The notes under the pieces: model-generated
What the model was told of the DNA's origin: nothing
The model's database searches: none
What the model saw: only the letters and a program-made list of their open reading frames with translations
Shown here: piece by piece, positions 19,873 to 29,763 of the stretch
Layout of the letters: the number at the start of each line of letters is the position of its first letter
How positions within the stretch are numbered: the stretch's first letter is position 1
Assembly: GCA_001775475.1 (NCBI GenBank)
Contig: MEWW01000016.1
Span: 1-60,495 of the forward strand
Source of the DNA: Candidatus Adlerbacteria bacterium RIFCSPHIGHO2_12_FULL_53_18
GTDB taxonomy: Bacteria; Patescibacteriota; Minisyncoccia; Phycocordibacterales; SBAW01
Length of the DNA stretch: 60,495 bases
Reading direction: 5' to 3'
Translations under genes and position numbers: made by a program

Positions 19873-21318
19873 TCATTCTTTACGCGGGAACAAGGTCTCG
19901 GGCTTTTTGTTTGCAACAATCGCGTCGATGATTTTCTTGCTAGTTTCTGGCACCAAGGGCTCCAGCAGTAAATCAATTGCAGCGAGTTCTTTCACAAGCT
20001 CGACGATAAGCTTCTTGCCAGCCTCTGCATCAGTTTTAACCAGTTTAAATGGCTCTGTCGTAGTGATCTTTTTGTCGAGCGCATGGATGCGGCCCCAGAC
20101 ATATTCGCTCGCTTGGTTAATCTCAAAGTTGTTGAGCGCTTCGGTAAACTCCTCTGGATATGGCACTAACTCCACCTGCACTGGCTCTGGTAAGTGCGTT
20201 TGCGCGAGCGTCAAAATCCTCGAGGCCACGTTGCCGAGCCCATTTGCCAGGTCTGCATTGTACACTTCTTTAAAGCGCTCCATCGTAAAGTCGCTGTCCT
20301 CAAACGGATGTACGTGCCTTGCTAAAAAGTAGCGCAATGCATCCGCACCATATTCTTCAACAATCGCAAATGGGTTGATAACATTGCCGAGCGACTTGCT
20401 CATCTTGTGTCCGCCGCTTGTGATAAAGCCGTGTATAACAATTTGTTTGGTTTGCGGCAAATCAGCAGACATAAGCATTGCCTGCCACATTGCCGCCTGC
20501 TGGCGTATCTGGTCCTTGCCTGCCATCTGCAGGCCGTTTGGTTTTTCTTTCGTGCCCCAAAATTTCTCAAAATTCTTCTCATCCTCTGGCCAGCCTAAGG
20601 TTGAGATGTAGTTAACGAGCGCGTCAAACCAGACATACATCACCTGCGAGTCATCGCCGGGAACCGGCACACCCCAGGGCATCTTTTCCTTGAGCCTCGA
20701 GATGCTGAAGTCTTCCGGGCCATTTTCAATAAACTTTTTTATCTCGTTAAATCTGAAGTCAGGTACGACGAGTTCGGGGTAAGCGGCATACAGGTCAAGA
20801 AGCGGTTGTTTGTATTTGGAAAGTTTGAAAAAGTAATTCTCTTCATCAATCACCTCAAGTTCAAGGTTGGGATGCAGTGGACATTTGCCGTCAACAAGTT
20901 CGGAATCTGTTTTTTCAAGCTCGCAACCGACACAGTACTTGATTTGGTAATTTTTCTTGTAAATATCTCCCGCAACGTGGCACCGCTTCCAAAACTCCTG
21001 TGCAGCTGCTTTGTGATGAGGGTCTGTGGTGCGGGTAAAGGCATTGTAGCTGAGGTTAAGTGTGCCCTTAAGGGCATCAAACTTTGCGGCATATTCGTCT
21101 ACGTATGCCTGGGGAGTCTTCCCTTCTTCGAGCGCCTTGCGGTAGATTTTCACGCCGTGCTCGTCAGAGCCGAAGTTAAAAAATACCTCCTCGCCAAGAA
21201 GCGCATGGTAACGCGCTAAAATATCTGCCTGCACTATCTCAAGTGCAAAGCCTATATGCGGCGGCGCATTCACATACGGTATCGTCGTCGTTATATAGAA
21301 AGCTTTTTTTTCGGCCAT
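19873..21318 (-). CDS. metG: Methionyl-tRNA synthetase (no C-terminal tRNA-binding domain)
   Basis: YITTTIPYVNAPPHIG, YVWFDALVNY, KMSKSLGN. Confidence 0.97.
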   Translation of the reverse strand: MAEKKAFYITTTIPYVNAPPHIGFALEIVQADILARYHALLGEEVFFNFGSDEHGVKIYRKALEEGKTPQAYVDEYAAKFDALKGTLNLSYNAFTRTTDPHHKAAAQEFWKRCHVAGDIYKKNYQIKYCVGCELEKTDSELVDGKCPLHPNLELEVIDEENYFFKLSKYKQPLLDLYAAYPELVVPDFRFNEIKKFIENGPEDFSISRLKEKMPWGVPVPGDDSQVMYVWFDALVNYISTLGWPEDEKNFEKFWGTKEKPNGLQMAGKDQIRQQAAMWQAMLMSADLPQTKQIVIHGFITSGGHKMSKSLGNVINPFAIVEEYGADALRYFLARHVHPFEDSDFTMERFKEVYNADLANGLGNVASRILTLAQTHLPEPVQVELVPYPEEFTEALNNFEINQASEYVWGRIHALDKKITTTEPFKLVKTDAEAGKKLIVELVKELAAIDLLLEPLVPETSKKIIDAIVANKKPETLFPRKE

Positions 21319-21328
21319 TGTTAAGACC

Positions 21329-22396
21329 CTATGCTGCCTCGCCGTCCGATGTCAACCCTTGCCGGGCAAGTGCGCGGGTCTTCTCTCGATCAACGTCCGA
21401 TACAAACTCCTGTATTGCGCCCGCAATCGGCACCGAAAGCAAGATACCGAGGAATCCGGCAAGTTCGTAGCCCACGATAAGTGCCAAAATGACGAGGAGC
21501 GGCGGAACTCCTACGACCTTTTTGACGACGACTGGATAGATAAGATGCGCTTCAAACTGCTGGACGATGACGTAGAGCCCGATGACAAGAAGCGCTTCGG
21601 TAGGGCCACCGTGCACGAGCGCCACGGCAATGCCTGGGATTGCGGCAAAAATAGGCCCAAAGACCGGGATAATTTCAAACACTGCTGCCAAAACCGCGAG
21701 AAGGAGTGCGTACGGAACGCCGAGTATCGTAAGCCCCAGGTACACCAAAATCCCCACAATGACTGCCAGGACAAGCTGCCCTTGCATCCACTTCCCTATC
21801 TTCTCCTGACTGCGCTTCCAGAGATGGAGCACGTAGGCCTGCTCTTTAATGGGCGTCACCACGCGTAAAAAGTCGTCGACGCCCGTCTCCTGCACTGAAA
21901 AGTAAAAGGAAAAAACGACAATAAGCACAAATGAGGCGATGCCTCCAAAGAAGGCGGAGAGGGTGGCAATTGCCCCGCCAGTTGAACCTCCGAGCGATGT
22001 CGATATCTCGCGCAGAATGTCCGCTACCGAAAGTGTCGCGGCAATGTCGTCGGGAAGGAGACCGCCGGTAACCGCGCCAAAGTCGAGCTCAGAGAGCGTT
22101 GTGGGGAGCTGGGCAAAAAAGGCCGCAGCGTCGTCGAGGACCGGCGGCACGAAGAAGAAAATAATTCCGAAAAATACCGACGCGACGAGCAGGTACACGA
22201 GGATAACGGAGAGGAGGCGGGACACCTTGCGCCGCATCAGAGCATGCACTGCGGGCTCTATCGCGGAGGCAATAACGATTGCCGTGAGGAGAATGAGCAC
22301 TAAGTCTCTTAAAAACCAGAGCACCGCGACCGTAAGCACGAGCAGGATCCCGATGAGTATACTCCCGGGCGAAACGCTGATAGAGAAATTCTGCAT
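21329..22396 (-). CDS. AI-2E family transporter
   Basis: FEIIPVFGP, IVQQFEAHLIYP, GFLGILLSVP. Confidence 0.92.
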   Translation of the reverse strand: MQNFSISVSPGSILIGILLVLTVAVLWFLRDLVLILLTAIVIASAIEPAVHALMRRKVSRLLSVILVYLLVASVFFGIIFFFVPPVLDDAAAFFAQLPTTLSELDFGAVTGGLLPDDIAATLSVADILREISTSLGGSTGGAIATLSAFFGGIASFVLIVVFSFYFSVQETGVDDFLRVVTPIKEQAYVLHLWKRSQEKIGKWMQGQLVLAVIVGILVYLGLTILGVPYALLLAVLAAVFEIIPVFGPIFAAIPGIAVALVHGGPTEALLVIGLYVIVQQFEAHLIYPVVVKKVVGVPPLLVILALIVGYELAGFLGILLSVPIAGAIQEFVSDVDREKTRALARQGLTSDGEAA

Positions 22397-22405
22397 CCCC
22401 CTATT

Positions 22406-23734
22406 CTACACTGTGATGCCGCTCTTCAGAAGCGCAGAAAGTTCGCTTACTTGGACCCGCTTTTGCTCCCCGCTGTCGCGGTCGCGAAGCGTGACGGTGT
22501 CTTTAAGTTCTGGCTTCTCTCCCAACGTGTCAAAGTCTACCGTGACGCACCAGGGGGTGCCTATTTCGTCCTGCCGGCGGTAGCGCTTCCCTATGTTGCC
22601 GTTGTCGTCCCACACGATCTGCGGGATTTCTTTTTTGAGATTCTGGTAGACCTCGCGCGCCTTCTCAACAAGCTCGGGCTTGTTTTTAAGGAGCGGAAAG
22701 ATAGCAGCTTTAACGGGTGCCAAATGGGGAGGAAATTTGAGATATACGCGCTTCTCTCCGCCTAACTCATCTTCGGTGTAAGCCTTAACGATGACCGCAA
22801 GCAAGTGTCTACCTAGCCCAAACGTGGGCTCAAGCACATGGGGTACTGTGCGCTCGTTAGTGTTGGGGTCGAGATACGAGAGGTCAGTGCCGCTGTGCGC
22901 AATGTGGTTGTTAAGGTCAAAGTCGGTGCGGTAGGCTAACCCTCCTATTTCGTCAAATTTGTGTGGGTAGTTAAAGTGAAAGTCTACTGTACGCTTGCTA
23001 TAGTGAGCCCTCTCCCCGTCTGGAATTTCTATCTCTTTAATATCCTCAGGTCCAAATCCCAGTTTTTTAAACCATTCCTGCATTTGCCCGCGCCAGTACT
23101 CAAACCTCTCCTCCCAATTTTTTTCCTCAATAAAATATTCAAACTCCATCAGATCAAACTCGCGCACACGGAATATAAAATCACGCGGCGCAATTTCATT
23201 ACGAAAGGTCTTTCCTATCTGTGCAATACCGAACGGGAGTTTGGGGTGGTAGGAGTCAATGATGTTTTTAAAGTTGACGAACATGCCCTGAGCATTCTCG
23301 GGACGCAAATAAACCGCCGTATCCGAGCCGTCAACTGAGCCGACAGATGTTTTAAACATCATATTGAACTGTCTCGGTTCACTAAGCTTCCCGCCGCACT
23401 CGGGGCACTTGGTAGTGTCCTCAAGATGATCTGCACGAAAGCGGTGCTTGCATTTACTGCACTCCACCAGCGGGTCGGCAAAACCCTGCACATGTCCGCT
23501 CGCCTCCCACACCTTAGGGTTCATTAAAATGGCCGAGTCGAGCCCATACATGTCGTCACGGCTCTCGACAAAAAACCGCCACCACAAATTTTCAATATTT
23601 TTCTTAAGTGCTACGCCTAAGTGCCCGTAGTCCCACGTGCCAGCCAGGCCGCCGTAAATCTCGGAGCCCTGAAACACAAACCCGCGTCGCTTACAGAGCG
23701 ACACTATCTTTTCCATCAATCCTTCTTCAGCCAT
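22406..23734 (-). CDS. glyQS: Glycyl-tRNA synthetase, homodimeric type
   Basis: LCKRRGFVFQGSEIYGG, YLRPENAQGMFVNF, GNIGKRYRRQDEIGTP. Confidence 0.97.
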   Translation of the reverse strand: MAEEGLMEKIVSLCKRRGFVFQGSEIYGGLAGTWDYGHLGVALKKNIENLWWRFFVESRDDMYGLDSAILMNPKVWEASGHVQGFADPLVECSKCKHRFRADHLEDTTKCPECGGKLSEPRQFNMMFKTSVGSVDGSDTAVYLRPENAQGMFVNFKNIIDSYHPKLPFGIAQIGKTFRNEIAPRDFIFRVREFDLMEFEYFIEEKNWEERFEYWRGQMQEWFKKLGFGPEDIKEIEIPDGERAHYSKRTVDFHFNYPHKFDEIGGLAYRTDFDLNNHIAHSGTDLSYLDPNTNERTVPHVLEPTFGLGRHLLAVIVKAYTEDELGGEKRVYLKFPPHLAPVKAAIFPLLKNKPELVEKAREVYQNLKKEIPQIVWDDNGNIGKRYRRQDEIGTPWCVTVDFDTLGEKPELKDTVTLRDRDSGEQKRVQVSELSALLKSGITV

Positions 23735-23744
23735 AAGTGTTTAC

Positions 23745-23818
23745 TATAAGCTAGCGAGTGAGAGAAATAAAGCTTGTTTTATTTCCGAGCGAGCGACGCT
23801 TATATCCTGCGAAGTAGG
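23745..23818. repeat. Palindromic element A upstream of glyQS
   Basis: TATAAGC..AGCGAGTGAGAGAA-hairpin-TTCCGAGCGAGCGA..GCTTATA plus a small CGAAG hairpin; paralog at 29668-29742. Confidence 0.8.
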
Positions 23819-25780
23819 TTACTTAGGAGCCACAACGTCCACACCAGACTGCGTGTCGCCGATAAGCTTGGTGGTTGCCGCCCCGCCGGTGGCGCTCAAG
23901 TTTACGTTCGCAAAGCGGTCCTGGCCGGTAAGCTCGGGAGTACTGCTGAGTGCGGGAGACTGGCCTACCTGGCTCTCGCTCGGCAGTAATTCAACCTGAA
24001 AAGCTCCCGTGCGCGGGCTGCTTGTGTAGCCAGCGCCGGCTTTAATCTCGCCCAAAGACCAGGTAACCGTGCGGCTCCCTTCGTTGTAGGAAATGCCGCT
24101 CCCCGCCTCCGCAGCGACAAAGCGCACGTACGTCGGGAGCGTTGCCACGACCTGGCCGTTCCCTACGGCATTGGCAGAGTTGCGCACCGTCCAGCGCACC
24201 GTGTAGGTCGTCTCTTGCTCCGCCTGCGGCGGCATGGGGCCGGAGTTCGTGAATGGTCCTGAAAAATGGAGTACCTCTGTCGAGAGCGAGAGCGCGGAGG
24301 CTACCGTGACTTTTGTCGAAGCCGCGGAGAGTATGGTCTCCGGCTCTCCGGCTTCGCGCACGGCGCGCACGGTCAGGTTGAGGTCGATGGTGGGGTTGGT
24401 GATGAGCACACCGCCCTCGCCGGGAGAGCGCGTCAAAAACGAGAATTGAAAGGTCCCGTTTGCGCCAGAGGCAACCGACTCCAGTTCAGAATTGTCGTCC
24501 TTGCTCCACACCAGCGAGTTATTGACGGATTGGAAAAACGCTCCCTGCCCTTGTATAGAGTCTTCATCGAGGGAGGGCCCTGCGAGCGTCAAGGTTACCT
24601 CAACATCGGAGACGGAATCGGAGAGGTTATTTTGCCACGACACCGTGCCACTGATGCGCGAGCCGGCGGCGACAGCGATGTTGCTGCCGCTTTTGCCTTC
24701 GACCGTAATGTTGCCTGCGATAAATGGACGCTTCACCGTTAAGGTTTGCGGAATCGTAATGAACGGAAGTTTTACCTCCGGGTCGGTTGCGTCGTCGTTT
24801 GAACCTGCAATAAAGCGGAAGATGCGTTCGTCGCCGTCCTCCCCTTGAATTGTGCCCGTAACCCTGATGGATTTCGAAGCACCGGGGTCAAGCGTACCTA
24901 GCCGCCACATCCCGCTCGTATCTGCGGCAGGCTCCGTACGTATAACTGAGAAGCCGAACGGATACTCTCCCTTGACCACGAGGTCGGCGATGGGGGTTGT
25001 CGCATTGGAGCGCACGGTCAGGTCAAAAGTAAACGGCTGTCCCGCGACACTCTCACTTGGGCCCTCTATCGCAAGCGACACCGGGGCAGAGCCGATCGTT
25101 ATCGTAACTTCTTCCTGCCGGACAAAGACCGCATTTGAGCCCTGGACACTATACTCAAGCGCTACCTTAATGGTTTGCAGCTGTCCCTCTTCGCCGAAGA
25201 GAAGCGCTGAAGCGGTGCGTTTGAGTTCTTGGCCTGACTCAATAGTTCCTACCGAGAGGCGGTCATGCAAGAGGTCAGTGCTGGGATTGTTAGGGTTGCG
25301 GGTACCGTCGGGGTAATCGATAACGAGGTCGGCGAGGAGAAGCGGCGTGGTGTTTCTGTTGCGTACGACGATCTCCACCTGCACCTCTTTGCCGCCGTCG
25401 ACGAGCGTTGGCACGACGAGCTCCAGGTCGATATTGCGCGGCGAGGTAGTGTTCACTCCGCCCAAAAAGACAAAGCTCGCGACTGCGATTGCAGCGGTAA
25501 AAAATATGATCGATCCTCCAAGAAATTTGAATGCAAATGACATGTGTGAGTGGCTCTCGGACGGCAGTGCGGGGGACGTGACCGGTGGACGCATCGGCGT
25601 GGTAGGTGGCGCAGGATCTGCGGCGTCGGGAGAAGGCTTCTGGGCTTCCCAGGTTTTTGGTGCGCTCGCCTCGCTGGGGGTAAGCGCCGTACGCTCTTCT
25701 TTCTTGATTTGTTTTATCCCTTCCCGCGCGTAGAGACGGTTTTTGAGCTTTTCCACCCCGCTCTTTTCCTCGCGAGTCAT
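23819..25780 (-). CDS. Single-pass membrane protein with tandem extracellular Ig-like (DUF11-like) domains
   Basis: Pro-rich cytoplasmic N-terminus, one TM helix, beta-rich repeats (WRLGTLDPG, WSLGEIKAG), NSGPMPP motif. Confidence 0.75.
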   Translation of the reverse strand: MTREEKSGVEKLKNRLYAREGIKQIKKEERTALTPSEASAPKTWEAQKPSPDAADPAPPTTPMRPPVTSPALPSESHSHMSFAFKFLGGSIIFFTAAIAVASFVFLGGVNTTSPRNIDLELVVPTLVDGGKEVQVEIVVRNRNTTPLLLADLVIDYPDGTRNPNNPSTDLLHDRLSVGTIESGQELKRTASALLFGEEGQLQTIKVALEYSVQGSNAVFVRQEEVTITIGSAPVSLAIEGPSESVAGQPFTFDLTVRSNATTPIADLVVKGEYPFGFSVIRTEPAADTSGMWRLGTLDPGASKSIRVTGTIQGEDGDERIFRFIAGSNDDATDPEVKLPFITIPQTLTVKRPFIAGNITVEGKSGSNIAVAAGSRISGTVSWQNNLSDSVSDVEVTLTLAGPSLDEDSIQGQGAFFQSVNNSLVWSKDDNSELESVASGANGTFQFSFLTRSPGEGGVLITNPTIDLNLTVRAVREAGEPETILSAASTKVTVASALSLSTEVLHFSGPFTNSGPMPPQAEQETTYTVRWTVRNSANAVGNGQVVATLPTYVRFVAAEAGSGISYNEGSRTVTWSLGEIKAGAGYTSSPRTGAFQVELLPSESQVGQSPALSSTPELTGQDRFANVNLSATGGAATTKLIGDTQSGVDVVAPK

Positions 25781-25792
25781 TCCGCAATTGTA

Positions 25793-26374
25793 CTACAACC
25801 CGGTCGCCTGAAGCGACTCGTTTATAGCGCGCAAAAGCAACCTACGGGAGCGCATAACCTCCTCGGCAAGTTCGAGTGAAAAGAAGTCGGCATCTATAAA
25901 TCCTTTGAGCTCCTCTGTGTGCGGCAAATAACCCAGATGATAGAGGATTTTGAGCACCAAGACCGACTCGATACTCTCTGCCCCCCGTGTTTCTGGAGCG
26001 CGCGCGAGCGCGGTCAACCCGCCCTTTACGCTCTCGTAGAGCGCGGGCGCCACCTCCTCGCCCTGGACGAGCCGGAGGAGGAGTTTTGCCACCTTGCCCG
26101 ACTGTCGCGAACGAGCATAGCTGGCGCCCGCGCAGACTCGCGACGCTTGTTCAACTCCGACTAGCTTCCACTCATTTTTACCGCGCACAAGAGTAAAGCG
26201 CGCGTGGGTTAAAGGTTCAAGTCCATAACGCAATTTCGAACTTTCGGCGCGCGCACTGCGTGCCATGGCGCGCACGAGCCCAAGCTCGCTCGTAAGGATA
26301 AAGACAAGCACATTAGCTTCACCCACCCCTCTTTTTCCTAGCACCACTCCCTCGCACACGTGTAGCTGATGCAT
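25793..26374 (-). CDS. recO: DNA repair protein RecO (short form)
   Basis: EGVVLGKRGVGEAN...ILTSELGLVRAMARSAR...SKLRYGLEP; LKILYHLGY. Confidence 0.88.
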   Translation of the reverse strand: MHQLHVCEGVVLGKRGVGEANVLVFILTSELGLVRAMARSARAESSKLRYGLEPLTHARFTLVRGKNEWKLVGVEQASRVCAGASYARSRQSGKVAKLLLRLVQGEEVAPALYESVKGGLTALARAPETRGAESIESVLVLKILYHLGYLPHTEELKGFIDADFFSLELAEEVMRSRRLLLRAINESLQATGL

Positions 26375-26375
26375 A

Positions 26376-29300
26376 TTACTCTTCGCTAATAGTCAGAGAC
26401 TCAAGGCCAGTTTCTTTCAGAATTTCATTCCGGTATTTTTCTGCAATCTCTTTTTCTTCGCCGGCAACGTTGAGCGTGTAGGAAGGTCGGTCGGCAATGG
26501 TGAGCCCCTCTTCTTTGCGCCACTCCTGCACGCGGCGTATCAACGTGCGCACTACACCCTCCTCCTGCAGCTCCGGCGTTAATGTTGCATCGAGCCATGC
26601 GTCCCCATCGATCGAACTGTCTTCAACTACTTCTTTGACATTGAGCTCGTCGGCAACAAGCGCTACGAGTCCGTGGTCAGCGGGCAGCTTGCGTACTTTA
26701 AGCACAAAGAGCGGTTGGCGGACTTTGATTCCCGCCTCTTCGCGGAGCTTCAACCCCTGCGAGGCAAGCGAGCGCACCACCGCCATGTCACTGAGGAGGG
26801 CTTCGTCTGTTGCATACGGCGCAGGCCACGACTCCAGATGCACACTCTCCTTCTCTGCGCCAAGTCCTTGGTAGATGCTCTCTGCGACAAAAGGTGTCAC
26901 GGGCGCCATGAGACACGAGAGCGTGTAGAGCACCTCGCGCTGGGTCGCCAGTGCAAACTTCTTGTCCGTAATGTCCTCGCCGCGAGCGCGGTCACGCGAG
27001 CGGCGCACATACCAGGTTGAGTAGTCTTCAACGAAGCTGCGCAGCGCTCGCACCGCAGTCGGTGTATCGTACGCATCCATTGCTTCAGTAACGGTCTTGG
27101 TTGTTTTGCCGAGGAGCGAAAGCACCCAGCGGTCGAGCACATGTGGGCTGTCCTCCGCCTTGACACTCTTGTCCCACTCACTCTTATAAAGCTCGAAAAA
27201 CTTGTACGAGTTCCAGAGGATGCCTATGGTGCGGTTATGCGCCTCGCGCACGTCTTCGTCTCTAAAGTTAATGTCCTCGCCGCTCATCACGACAGAACCC
27301 ATAAGGTAGAGTCGGAGCGCGTCGGCGCCGAACTGATCCATAACCTGCAAGGGATCAGTATAGTTGCCTTTACTCTTGCTCATCTTGGCACCGTCAGCGG
27401 CAAGGATGGTGCCGGTCGATACCACGCTGCGAAACGACTGCTGGTTAGAAAGAAGAACGCCCATTGCATGCATGTAGTAAAACCACGTGCGGGTCTGGGC
27501 GATATACTCGGCGATAAAGTGTGCGGGGAAGCCTTTGGGCCACAGACCCCAGAGGCGCCCTGGGTTAAATACTTCTTTGTTCTCAAACGGGTAGTGGTTA
27601 GAAGCATAGGGCATAGTGCCAGACTCAACCCAGCAGTCGACAACCTCCGGAATGCGCTCGTACCCCCTGCCCTTGCTGTCAACGAGCGTCACCGCGTCGA
27701 TGTAGGGGCGGTGCAGGTCGAGTCCGTAGTCTTTGTTGTGGGGAAAAGGGGTAAACGAGAGCTTCCGTACTTCAGAGGTCTTGAGCATATACTCTTTTGA
27801 AAAGTCGTTGGATGGGCGGCGTGCCGCCACCTGTTGTAGCACCCATAGCGGATTGCCGTGAGAGATAATGAGAATCCGCTTGCCCGTGTAGCGTCGCTCG
27901 ATTTCAAAGATAAATTCCCCTATGCGCCGGCGCACTTCTATGTGTGCAGTCTCACTCGCCTCGCGCAGACGTTCGTCTACCATGACAGCACTCTCCGGAA
28001 GTCTTAATTCTTTTTGCACTAAAGCGGCGGTTTCTCGCGTACGCAAAAACGGTGAAGTTACAATGAGGTCTATACTCCCGCGCTTGAGTCCGACCGTCGC
28101 CACATGTATTGCGTCTGTTCTTCCTTTTTCAGTAACATGGTTGGCAGGGTCGCCCGTAGGGTCATCAACACCCTCTACATTGTGCCCGGCCTCCGCATGC
28201 CTCATTACAAAGTAGGTATTGCCGGACTTTTTTGTTTTCTCAAGCAGTTCTTTAAGCGAGCCTATAACCATGAGCCTGCTGCCTCCTTTCTCCTTCCAGA
28301 TTGGTAAGGCTGACGCCCAAAATCGATTTCGGGAGATTGTCCAGTCCGGCGCATTCTCGACAATGTGCTTAAAGCGGCCGTGTTTTAGGTGGGCAGGGAC
28401 CCAGTTCACCCGCTCGTTTTGAGCAAGCATGCTTTTTTTCACTTTCTGGATATTTATAAACCACGAGGGTACGGCACTGTAGATAAGCGCCGTACCGCAA
28501 CGGTAGCAGTGCGGGTAGGAGTGCGTATGGTTTTCTTTTTTAAACAGGAGCCCCTGCTCCTCAAGATGCGCTTTGATAACCTTTTCTGCCTTTTTGTAGT
28601 ATTCACCGCGGATAAACTCTGGCGCGGCGTCATTGTACGTGCCGTTGGCGTTTAAGAGTTGGATCATAGGAAGACCCTCTTTCTGACCCAAGGCATAGTC
28701 ATCTTCTCCATACATGACAGCTGTGTGCACGATGCCGGTACCTTCGTCTGTATTCACAAAATCAGCCGCGTACACTTTGTAGGATTTCATTCCGTGGAGA
28801 GCGGGTACGTCAAACAAGGGCTCGTAGCTCATGCCGACAAGCTGCGCGCCTTTTACGCTGCCGGGGCCCGCTTTAATAAAGTGTTCGCCGTCTTTCTCGA
28901 TGAGCTGATAGTCGATATCTTTTCCCACCGCAAGCGCTATGTTGCCCGGCAGCGTCCACGGTGTTGTGGTCCAGGCCAGAAGATAGGTGCGCTCGGGGAG
29001 GTTATACCGAAGCGGATTTTTGATCTTGAACTTCACTGTGACCGCCTCTTCGGTAATATCTTTGTAGGTGTTGTCCATTGCGATCTCGGCTTTCGCAAGC
29101 GGCGTCTCGCAGTGCGGGCAGTACATGAGGACTTTCCGGCCCTCGTAGAGCATTTTCTTGCCGTGGAGTTTTTTGAGCGCCCACCATACCGACTCCATGT
29201 ACGAGTTGTCCATGGTTTTGTAGGAGTTTTTAAAGTCCACAAACCGACCGATGCGGTCGATGTATTTTTCCCACTCGTGTTCAAACTCCATCACACTTGC

Positions 29301-29657
29301 GCGCGCGGCTTCGTTAAACGTGTCGATACCTATACTCAAAATATCTTTTTTGGTTTTGAGGTTGAGGCGTTTCTCTATCAAGCTCTCAATCGGCAAGCCG
29401 TGGCAGTCCCAGCCCCACCGCCGCGGCACGCGGTACCCCTGCATCGTTTTGTAACGCGGGATGACGTCTTTGATTACGGAAGAAAGGAGAGATCCGTGGT
29501 GCGGGAGGCCGGTTGCAAAAGGTGGTCCATCATAGAAGATAAACTCTCCCTTAGGCGCCCACTTACGGAGCGTCTTTTCAAAAATCTGGTTCTCCTTCCA
29601 AAACTCAACTACCCCTTCCTCGCGCTTGGCTGTCTCACTTTTACCCTTATCGGACAT
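26376..29657 (-). CDS. ileS: Isoleucyl-tRNA synthetase (type 2) with inserted histidine-phosphatase domain
   Basis: YDGPPFATGLPHHG, GWDCHGLP, DWTISRNRFW, KMSKSKGN; insert with RHAEA...SPFLRTRETA...SHG. Confidence 0.97.
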   Translation of the reverse strand: MSDKGKSETAKREEGVVEFWKENQIFEKTLRKWAPKGEFIFYDGPPFATGLPHHGSLLSSVIKDVIPRYKTMQGYRVPRRWGWDCHGLPIESLIEKRLNLKTKKDILSIGIDTFNEAARASVMEFEHEWEKYIDRIGRFVDFKNSYKTMDNSYMESVWWALKKLHGKKMLYEGRKVLMYCPHCETPLAKAEIAMDNTYKDITEEAVTVKFKIKNPLRYNLPERTYLLAWTTTPWTLPGNIALAVGKDIDYQLIEKDGEHFIKAGPGSVKGAQLVGMSYEPLFDVPALHGMKSYKVYAADFVNTDEGTGIVHTAVMYGEDDYALGQKEGLPMIQLLNANGTYNDAAPEFIRGEYYKKAEKVIKAHLEEQGLLFKKENHTHSYPHCYRCGTALIYSAVPSWFINIQKVKKSMLAQNERVNWVPAHLKHGRFKHIVENAPDWTISRNRFWASALPIWKEKGGSRLMVIGSLKELLEKTKKSGNTYFVMRHAEAGHNVEGVDDPTGDPANHVTEKGRTDAIHVATVGLKRGSIDLIVTSPFLRTRETAALVQKELRLPESAVMVDERLREASETAHIEVRRRIGEFIFEIERRYTGKRILIISHGNPLWVLQQVAARRPSNDFSKEYMLKTSEVRKLSFTPFPHNKDYGLDLHRPYIDAVTLVDSKGRGYERIPEVVDCWVESGTMPYASNHYPFENKEVFNPGRLWGLWPKGFPAHFIAEYIAQTRTWFYYMHAMGVLLSNQQSFRSVVSTGTILAADGAKMSKSKGNYTDPLQVMDQFGADALRLYLMGSVVMSGEDINFRDEDVREAHNRTIGILWNSYKFFELYKSEWDKSVKAEDSPHVLDRWVLSLLGKTTKTVTEAMDAYDTPTAVRALRSFVEDYSTWYVRRSRDRARGEDITDKKFALATQREVLYTLSCLMAPVTPFVAESIYQGLGAEKESVHLESWPAPYATDEALLSDMAVVRSLASQGLKLREEAGIKVRQPLFVLKVRKLPADHGLVALVADELNVKEVVEDSSIDGDAWLDATLTPELQEEGVVRTLIRRVQEWRKEEGLTIADRPSYTLNVAGEEKEIAEKYRNEILKETGLESLTISEE

Positions 29658-29667
29658 ATTGACAAAC

Positions 29668-29742
29668 TATAGTCGAGCGAGCGAGAGAAGTAAAATCTTT
29701 ATTTTAACTTCCGAGCGAGCGATGACTATATAGACGAAGTCT
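29668..29742. repeat. Palindromic element B upstream of ileS
   Basis: TATAGTC..AGCGAGCGAGAGAA-hairpin-TTCCGAGCGAGCGA..GACTATA plus a small CGAAG hairpin; paralog at 23745-23818. Confidence 0.8.
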
Positions 29743-29763
29743 CTATAGCACTTTCAACGCTTT

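Noticed and set aside
23745..23818. T-box riboswitch upstream of aaRS genes
   Set aside because: No GGTGGNACCGCG T-box sequence, and the element is far too short.
28659..29672. Long antisense ORFs (also opposite glyA, ruvB, AI-2E and the S-layer-like gene)
   Set aside because: Shadow frames of well-supported genes with no recognisable motifs.
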